Sequence record: MK250016.1
Direction: 5' to 3' (one strand)
Length of the DNA stretch: 32,000 bases
Source of the DNA: Prevotella phage Lak-A1
Positions 24,701 to 32,000 of this stretch are shown piece by piece. The stretch's first letter is position 1; every line of letters starts with the position of its first letter. The notes below the pieces were generated by a model that saw only the letters and a list, made by a program, of their open reading frames with translations, was not told the DNA's origin and did not search any database. The translations under genes and the position numbers were made by a program.

Positions 24701-26844
24701 GTAAGTTAAGACAAGATTTCGTTCAGGCTGATTATGATTCTAGTACATAGATTTATAATTATCTTAATGGTGACTTTAAAAATAGCATTACTAATAATAT
24801 AAATAGTGTTAATAAAAAATTAACAGATTATATTAGAGATAATAATAAAGCTGTATCAGATCTTAATACTAAAGTTGATAAAGTGAAGTCTGATATAATG
24901 ACTCATGTTAATGCTAGTTATATTGAAGTTACTGGTAAAATTGATTCAGTTAATACAACATTAAAAAAAGATATTAATACAAAATATACTACATTAGATG
25001 GTAAGATTGACGGTGTTAATACAACATTATCAGAATCTATTACAACTAAATATAATACATTAAATGATAGAATTACTTCTGTTAATAATACATTAACAAA
25101 GAGTATTGAAACAACAAATACTACTTTACAAGGTAATATTGATTCTGTTAATAATACTCTTATTAAACGTATTGATTCATATAATTCATCTTTAGCTAAT
25201 TATACTGATGCAGAATCTACTAAATTATCAACTGCAATTAATAATGTAAATTCTAAATTAACCTAGAAAATAACATCAGAAATTTCTAAAACAAATCAAT
25301 CTGTTAAAGATCTTTAGACATATGTAGATACTACATACTGGCAAAAGATTACAAATCATGTTGATACAAAAACATCTGAGTTATCAGAATAGATTAAAAC
25401 ATTAGAAAAAAATGTTAATAATAAGTTAAATGATAATTTTGTAAGTAATGATGACCTTAATTCATTTGAATCAAAAATTAAACGTTATGTAGACGTTCAG
25501 GATAAGTTGTATGATGGTTCTGTAAATGATTTATCAACAAGATTATCAACTACTAATACAAATCTTAAAAATCTTAAGGATCAATTTACAGCATTAACAT
25601 CAGAAAATGTAGACGGTACTATTAATACATATAAGGAAGTAGAAAAATTCTTAAAGAATATTAATGATACAACAACATTAGTTTAGTTATTAGCAACTAA
25701 TAAACAAGAAGCTATTGATGCTGCTAATCAATATACAAATACAAGTATTAATAACTTTAAGAATAATTATATTACACCATAGTTTAATTCATATAATAGT
25801 AAATTTGATGCTATTGACGGAAGTGTAAATAATATTGAATCTAAAGTTACAAAATTAACATAGCAATCAAATACTTATTTAACTGCTATTACTGCTGCAA
25901 CAACAACAGCATTAGGTGGTATTAAATTAGGTTATGTTGATTCTGAAAAGAATGTTGCTGTAAGACTTTCGGAACAGAAAGCATATGTTACTCTTACAGA
26001 TACTGCTATTAAGAAAGCACTTGGTTTCACACCAGCTGCACAAAATGCAAATGGAGAAGCATATACATTAACTGTTGCAAGTGATATTAAATTAGGTGGC
26101 ATTAAAACAGGATATACTCCAACAGGTGCAAATGCAAGTAAGCAATTACCCGTTTCTGTTGATACAAACGGTGCCGCTTATGTAACACTTACAAATTCAG
26201 CTGTAACTGGAGCATATTCATATACATTACCAACTGCAAATCAATCTGAACTTGGTGGTATTAAAACAGGTTATAGAGATAATGGTAATAACATACATGT
26301 AAAGGTTGATGGTACAGGAAATGCATATGTAACACTTACTGAAACAGCAGTTAAAGGTGGATATAGTTATACATTACCAACTGCAGGTACTTCTACACTT
26401 GGTGGTATTTGTACAGGATTTAGTAATACTGGTTCAAAAGTAAAAGTTGATATGAGTAGTAATAATGCTTATGTCGAGATTACAAAAGCTGCAATTACAA
26501 ATGCGTTAGGTTATACTCCATCTCAACCAGTAACAGATGGAAATGGAAATCCAGTAGCTTATGTATTACCAACTGCAACTGGAAGTGTATTAGGTGGTAT
26601 TAAAACCGGCTATACTTTATCAAAGAGTGGTACAACATTAAATGTACCTGTTAAAGTTGATGAACATGGTAATGCATATGTAAGTATAACATTAGCTGAT
26701 TTAGAAGGTATAGGTACAATAACAACAAATAATATTGCTGGAAATGTTACTACTATAATATAGTCTGATGAAGCATGGGTTACAAAACAATATTATGAAG
26801 GATTAACAGATAAAGGTAGTAAGACTTATTACATTTATGAATAA
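18748..26844 (+). CDS. Giant coiled-coil tail-fibre-like protein C, about 2698 aa (TAG=Gln)
   Basis: ATG 18748 to TAA 26842-26844, frame 1. Joins track ORFs 19153, 20074, 20680, 21472, 23422, 24121, 24883 and 26452. Near-continuous coiled coil followed by C-terminal 'LGGIK-GY' repeats. N-terminal module ALLPGQLTFAYYYD. Confidence 0.88.
20743..20910 (+). repeat. Hendecad (33-nt period) coiled-coil repeats
   Basis: NYVKNTDTSLF NYIKNRDEQIK RWIAIGDTSIY NYFKSINTSLF NYVTKKDTDL. Aromatic codons start at 20743, 20776, 20809, 20842 and 20875. Confidence 0.9.
24130..24270 (+). repeat. Second block of 11-aa Y-[VI]-[ND]-N-x-S-N-x-I-V-x repeats
   Basis: YVNNDVSNKIVA YVNNVSNNIVK YIDNTSNKIVT YVNNVSNKIVT. 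Tyr codons at 24130, 24166, 24199 and 24232. One unit carries an extra residue. Confidence 0.9.
25905..26720 (+). repeat. C-terminal fibre repeats 'LGGIK-GY ... V-VD--GNAYVTLT ... YTLPTA'
   Basis: Five copies of [LA]LGGI[KC].G[YF] near 25914, 26094, 26250, 26400 and 26593, spaced about 150-190 nt, each followed by VxVDxxGxAYVxxT-like strands. Confidence 0.88.
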
Positions 26845-26867
26845 TAATTCATTAATATTAAATAATA

Positions 26868-26902
26868 AAAGAGGTATAGAAATCAAAATTCTATACCTCT
26901 TT
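26868..26902. terminator. Bidirectional terminator between convergent genes
   Basis: 14-bp perfect stem aaagaggtatagaa (26868-26881) / ttctatacctcttt (26889-26902), 7-nt loop. Flanked by the + gene stop at 26844 and the - gene stop at 26907-26909, with T/A-rich sequence on both sides. Confidence 0.88.
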
Positions 26903-26906
26903 ATTT

Positions 26907-27254
26907 TTATTCTGTTTTTTTATTTCTTGTTCTTCTTGTTTTCTTTGGTTTATTAATACCAAAGTCTTTTTCTATTTCATCTATAAAAGAATCTATTGAT
27001 ACTAATGCAGCAGGATCATCAATAAAAGGATCCAATTCTAACAGAAACTGTGCGAAATCGTTTCTATCTCGAAGAAATGCATTTAATCCTCTTCCTGAAT
27101 CATAAACAAACTGAATTATAATATAACCGTCTGGATCATTAATAAAACTAAAACCAATTGTTTGCTTTATATCAACAAATGTTTGCCCAACTCTTATAAA
27201 TGATTTTAATTTTCTGTTTTTGAAAAATTCTTCATTTAATTCTAAATTATCCAT
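26907..27254 (-). CDS. Hypothetical protein, 115 aa, basic C-terminus (KPKKTRRTRNKKTE)
   Basis: ATG at 27254 (rc), TAA at 26907-26909. Starts 2 nt after the upstream CDS stop. No internal TAG. Confidence 0.8.
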   Translation of the reverse strand: MDNLELNEEFFKNRKLKSFIRVGQTFVDIKQTIGFSFINDPDGYIIIQFVYDSGRGLNAFLRDRNDFAQFLLELDPFIDDPAALVSIDSFIDEIEKDFGINKPKKTRRTRNKKTE

Positions 27255-27256
27255 AA

Positions 27257-28456
27257 TTATTCAAATAATGCATTTGCTGTTTTTACTGTTCCATCTGTAT
27301 TGATGTACTTATCCATTCCCTTAAAGATTTCTGCTTCAATTGCTTTCTTCTTATCATATCCTTCATATTGTGTACCCTTAAGCAATACTTGTGATTTAAG
27401 ATTCCAAAAGCTTTCAGATGGAATATCACCAATCATATAATCCAATGATTCTTTATAATCTTGTATATATTCAGGAAATAGTTTACTATTAAGTTCTACT
27501 AATACACGTTGACGCATTAATCGCTCACTGAAATCAATATCATTTATATCACGTTTACATACCTTCTCAAATACTGGTTTCAATTTATATTCAGAATCTA
27601 CCAAATCCTGTACAGTGTTGATACCGATTATTTCACGTACTTTCTTTTCCTTACCAGGAGTAATTCTTACTTTACGTCCATCTTTATACCAATTATAAAA
27701 TGAAGGAACACAATCTCCATCATCACCACAGAAAATTTTATCAAGAACAACATCATTAGGATTCTGTACAGATAATTCCATTATTGTATTTGCCTGAAGT
27801 AATTGTTTAATGTATGTTTTTGACATATCTTCATTTTCAAAGAAAATATCAAAATTTGAATCCGCCGTATTGTACCATGTTTCAAATGATTCAGGAACAT
27901 AAATATGTCTTTTACTTCCTTTTCCTTTACCTGTTGTATTATAGACAATACAATATTGATGTGTTATAGGATTAAAATCAATAAGCTATCTAATATCAGC
28001 ATCTGCACTTACTATAATAACATTATAATTTGGATATTTCTCAAAAACAATTTCTTTACACATTGCTGCAATATCATCTGCTTCACAATGTTCAACTTTA
28101 GCAACATGCATAGAATTTTTTGATAAGATCTTAAGAAGATCATCAGAACACTGAAATATATTATCCCAATTAATTGACTCTGATTTCTTTCTATTTGATT
28201 TATATCCAGGATTTAAATCATCTCCTGGTAATACATCTTTACGCCATGCATGCTGTGAATCTGTTGCGATAATTACATTTGTTGGCTTAAATATGTTAAG
28301 AATTGAACATACATCCGTTGTAAATTTATACATAAATGAACGTACATCTTCAATTCTATTATAACCATTAACCTAACCATACAGACTATTCATAAATAAT
28401 GATCTGAATAAAAGGTTAGACCAATCCAATACCAATAATACTTTTTTACTTTCCAT
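27257..28456 (-). CDS. rnh: T4 RNase H / FEN-family 5'-3' exonuclease, about 399 aa (TAG=Gln)
   Basis: ATG at 28456-28454 to TAA at 27257-27259. Motifs: VLLVLDWSNLLFRSLF (N-terminal metal site), VEHCEADDIAAMCKEI (EADD), NVIIVSADADIRQLIDF (SxDxDxxQL) and DKIFCGDDGDCVPSF (GDDGD helix-3-turn-helix). Two in-frame TAGs at 28373-28375 and 27986-27988. The latter encodes the Q of the SxDxDxxQL motif. Confidence 0.88.
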
Positions 28457-28539
28457 TTCTCTAAAATACGAAACTCGTTTTATTTTATATAATTATTTAT
28501 TAGTATTGTTTAGATAAAGTCATTTTTATATAAGCAGTA

Positions 28540-29862
28540 TTATTGTTCAATGATCTTATACCAATATAAATTATAATTTGATTTCTGTTGTTCAACTTTA
28601 TTTGTAAATCCTTTTACAGCTAATGCATAAGATGCTTTAATAGTCAATTCAAATATAGGAGTCTTATAAGATGATAAATTTGCTATGTTTTCTGATTCTA
28701 TATTTGTAATATTAGTATCTTGAGTAATTATATGTGTTTCTTTTTGGTTTAATTTTTTCCCTTCATCTGTATTATATAATATAGGAATATTCTTAGATGA
28801 AAAATTGTCATGATTTGAACCGGTAACAACATCTATTATTTGCTGTTTATCTGAATTATTATCATTTTCTTCATCTTTAACAGTTATCTAAACATTATAG
28901 AAAGGAACTATAAAAACAGAATCTGCATATGATGCTAGATCGTCTTCTTTAATTTCTTGTCCATATATATTTGATATAAGAGATGTAAGTTGTTTTTTAA
29001 AGTCTTCTGTTAATTTTATATCAAAAATAGATTCCCATTTAATTAAACAACCTAATTTCTAATATAACATTATATCACATAATTTTAATGGTTGCTAATC
29101 ATTTATAACATATTGATCTGTTTTTGATTTTAATTTGTCATCATTTATAAACAATGTAGGCATATATTTATTATTGAAATAAACCTTTCTACAATAATCC
29201 AAATTTCCACTAGAGATAACAATATATAATTTACCAGACAGCAACTCCTAAACAGTCGGCACATATGTTCCATCATATTCTACCGTTTCTGTTCTATCTT
29301 CTATTTCTTTATTTTTCTGTTCTTTATCATAATTAATATATTCATATCCTATTGGCATTATAGAATAACTGTTTTCACTACTATTATCAAAAAAATATAA
29401 TCCTTTATAGTCATCCTATGCTATATATGAATCATTTAATGCCTTTAAATATTCATATCCATATTCTACAAAAATATCCTCCAATGATGCTTCATTTGCA
29501 TTAGTCGCGAATACAGGATTAAGTACACATCCAGCAAACTGCATTGCATTATATGTTTTACTTTTATTATTGGGATCTTTATATTTTTGAAAATACGTAT
29601 AATCATAATAATTGTCATTTAATTCATTATTATCAAAATATGTTTCATTTTCTTTAACAATATATTCTTCTGCATTTATATCATGTCTATATGTACCATA
29701 ATTTCGATAAAAATCATTATTTACTTGATGTTCATCTGATGCAATATCAGCAACTTTTTTATTTTCAATATCATATGATAATCTATCATAACGTGAAAAA
29801 TCAAATATATTAGTATATGTCCTTAATATTTTCTCATATTCATTATTAACAATATCTGCCAT
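28540..29862 (-). CDS. Hypothetical protein, about 440 aa (TAG=Gln)
   Basis: ATG at 29862 (rc), reading through five TAGs (+ strand cta at 29416, 29248, 29095, 29059 and 28888) to TAA at 28540-28542. I checked the frame codon by codon from 29416 down and found no TAA/TGA. Confidence 0.85.
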
Positions 29863-29875
29863 ATTTATATGTACG

Positions 29876-29889
29876 TATAAATATTTATA
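29876..29889. promoter_or_regulatory. Palindromic TATAAATATTTATA box in the divergent intergenic region; candidate bidirectional late-type promoter
   Basis: Perfect 14-nt palindrome with TATAAATA on each strand, 13-20 nt before the - gene ATG (29862) and about 70 nt before the + gene ATG (29961). Confidence 0.4.
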
Positions 29890-29922
29890 ATATTTATTAA
29901 ATGTATATTAACTATTTAAACA

Positions 29923-29960
29923 AATAAATATTTAAATCAATTTTAATACAATTTTATTAA
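29923..29960 (+). promoter_or_regulatory. Related leader box AATAAATATTTAAATCAATTTTAA
   Basis: Starts 38 nt before ATG 29961. Confidence 0.4.
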
Positions 29961-31850
29961 ATGGAAACAACAAAAGATAGTAATAAACTTACAATATATA
30001 AAGGTAAATCAGAAGAATATGCATTTATTCCTTTAGATGTTTCTGAAAAAACTTATTATAACTTTACTAATGGTATTATTTATAATGATGGTAGTACATA
30101 TATTAAAAATATAACGGCTGATACATCACTATATAATTTTATTAAAGCTAAAATCATGGATGCTTCTGCAATTAGAGATCCTGATACTATAAGTATAACT
30201 AATGGAACATATAATATAAACGGATATTTAAGTAATAATATGTTAACACATAACATAAAATTATATTATATTGAAAATTTTAAATATACATTGGATGCAT
30301 CACAATATACTAAAGGTGATGATGAAAATACAAACGTAGTAAATAGAGGAACTACTTATATGTTTACTATTATACCTAAATTAACAAGAGACGTCTCTGT
30401 ACTTGAAGCATCTCAAAAGCCCGTTGAACCAGGAGGAGGATCTGGTTCTGGTGGAGGTGATACAAGTTCTGGTGAAACAGAAGATCCAAATAAAAAATAT
30501 GATATTGTATTTAGTGTTGATGGAAATCAAACATTATCATTAACACGAATTGGGACAACAAATAATTATAAATTAGGTGGAACTTTAGTTATTAAATATG
30601 AGTAGTCGGATAAATCTATTAAAAATGATATTGGAACAATTAGTACTATTACAAATAATAATAGTATTTATACATTTGTAATATATTTAGGTTCAGTTTC
30701 ACAACCTTGTGTGATATAGAGAATTGATGGATATAATACAACATCAAAGTTATGGGAAGGTAAAATTAATATAAATTTAGATGAAATGATACCTCAAATT
30801 ACATATACGTTATTAAGTCCCGGTAGTACAATAAGTTGTGAGTTACGTATGAACATATCCAAAGATGTACCTATTTTTTCAAAGCATGGTTCTCGATTAA
30901 ATTCATATATTGTAGAGAATGGGAATAGTTATGGTAAGGATAATTTTGGTTTATATAAGTTTAAGTTAAACACTATTTCTGTTCCAAAAGCAGGTACAGC
31001 AAAAGCATATTTCTTATAGTCTTTAATAGGATAGTATGGAACCTGGGACCAAACTGCATTAAATGTAATGAAAGTTAATAATATGTTTGGTTCGAGAACT
31101 AGTGGTATTTTTATTATTGTATCAGATGGCAAATATCTAAATTACGCTAATATTTCTAGTAGGATTACGTCAAGCGTACCAAATTATTTAGTTGGTGATT
31201 TTAAATTAGCATCAACTGGTCATAATAGTATATTCACATCTCCGCTTAATAATAATAATACCACTGTTGTGCTAGATGGTCCTCCGATATTTTTGTATGA
31301 TGAAAGTAATAAGCAAACAAAAATAGACAAAACAAATGGTTATGAAACTGATAATAATATATTTGATGAAACATATTTTAAACATAAGTCAGGAAATAAA
31401 TTCCCTGTTCCTGCTAGTACAGAACGTAAAAAAAATATTATTAACTTAAATAACTATAAATATCTTATGTATGAAAAGAGTTCTTCAAAACCGAATCATT
31501 ATTGTGGTAAACAACTTACTAATGCAGATTTAAGTGCATATGAAGGAAAAACATTTAATGTTGTATATGAAGTATGGACATATAAAATAAATTCAGATTT
31601 TTAGCCTTCTATAAATACACCCATAAAAAATAAAGATGGTGAACATATATTAACATCTGTAAGTCCATCATATAATTTAAACTAGAAAATTGATAGAATT
31701 GATTGGGAAACAGGAGGAGGTGGAGGAACAACCATCAAACCAGTAAATACTACATATACTGCAACAGTAACACAGTATAAATTATATAGTTTTAAATTAT
31801 CAAAAACAGATTCAACAACAGGTGTATATGAATATACATTTACAGATTAA
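29961..31850 (+). CDS. Hypothetical structural-like protein, about 629 aa, with Gly/Ser linkers (TAG=Gln)
   Basis: ATG 29961 to TAA 31848-31850, frame 3. Joins track ORFs 29961, 30786 and 31068 through TAGs. Contains GGGSGSGGGDTSSGE (30432-30476) and a second Gly-run near 31713. Confidence 0.85.
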
Positions 31851-31855
31851 ATATA

Positions 31856-31893
31856 AAAGAGAGATAGAACTTAACAATATTCTATCTCTCTTT
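31856..31893. terminator. Terminator hairpin between convergent genes
   Basis: 14-bp perfect stem aaagagagatagaa (31856-31869) / ttctatctctcttt (31880-31893), 10-nt loop, then tattttta. Confidence 0.85.
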
Positions 31894-31897
31894 ATTT

Positions 31898-31999
31898 TTA
31901 TGAAAATATTATATATTTAATTTTTATAGGAATTTCATTAGGATTATACACTAATAAACTCTATAATAAGTTTTTAACTTTTAATTGTTTATCATCATC
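31898..31999 (-). CDS. 3' end of a - strand gene running off the window
   Basis: Reverse strand reads ...DDDKQLKVKNLLQSLLVYNPNEIPIKIKYIIFS then TAA at 31898-31900, with one TAG as Q. Its position opposite a convergent terminator supports it, but only 33 codons are visible. Confidence 0.45.
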
Positions 32000-32000
32000 T

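Noticed and set aside
1-26844. Interpretation of the many short + strand ORFs as decayed pseudogenes or many small genes
   Set aside because: Interruptions are exclusively TAG, the frame is preserved through several kb, and protein character continues across each TAG. Sense-recoded TAG explains this far better than decay.
27905-28123. + strand ORF MSFTSFSFTCC...
   Set aside because: Antisense to the well-supported RNase H/FEN-like gene, whose catalytic motifs cover this interval.
28457-28539. Terminator/promoter cassette in the - strand gap between the 440-aa gene and the exonuclease
   Set aside because: Only a weak imperfect hairpin (acga-aac-tcgt) and a loose AATAAATAATTATATAAAAT match. 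Not strong enough to call.
30929-31132. - strand 67-aa ORF
   Set aside because: Overlaps the continuous + strand gene 29961-31850 with no independent support.
1-32000. Suppressor tRNA (CUA) or other tRNA within the window
   Set aside because: Intergenic gaps are under about 110 nt and filled by hairpins and leaders. No cloverleaf-like GC-richer segment was recognised. The suppressor tRNA must be sought elsewhere in the genome.

Overview
AT-rich phage genome segment, most likely from a large Bacteroidales-infecting (Lak-like or crAss-like) phage; that taxonomic assignment is inference. The amber codon TAG is read as an amino acid, almost certainly Gln (genetic code 15). The supplied ORF track is heavily fragmented because it treats TAG as stop. 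With TAG as sense and TAA/TGA as stop, the window resolves into 9 coding regions, 7 complete and 2 cut by the window ends. Five on + are at 3-3569, 3597-12203, 12283-16896, 16984-18648 and 18748-26844. Three on - are at 26907-27254, 27257-28456 and 28540-29862. One more + gene is at 29961-31850, and a - strand 3' end lies at 31898-31999. All terminate with TAA. Content: (1) a virion-like protein with a lamin-tail-like domain and a calcineurin-like metallophosphoesterase domain; (2) an approximately 2868-aa protein with a Gly/Ser linker, a CotH-kinase-like region and BspA-like leucine-rich repeats; (3) three tandem coiled-coil fibre-like genes sharing a short N-terminal 'LLPGE-AFAYY' module, the largest about 2698 aa with 11-residue (33-nt) periodicity; (4) a - strand T4 RNase H/FEN-type 5'-3' exonuclease. 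Four of five intergenic terminator hairpins are strongly supported, and an AT-rich 'RATAAATAT' box resembling the T4 late promoter lies 32-38 nt before four start codons. No tRNA, CRISPR or IS element was recognised.
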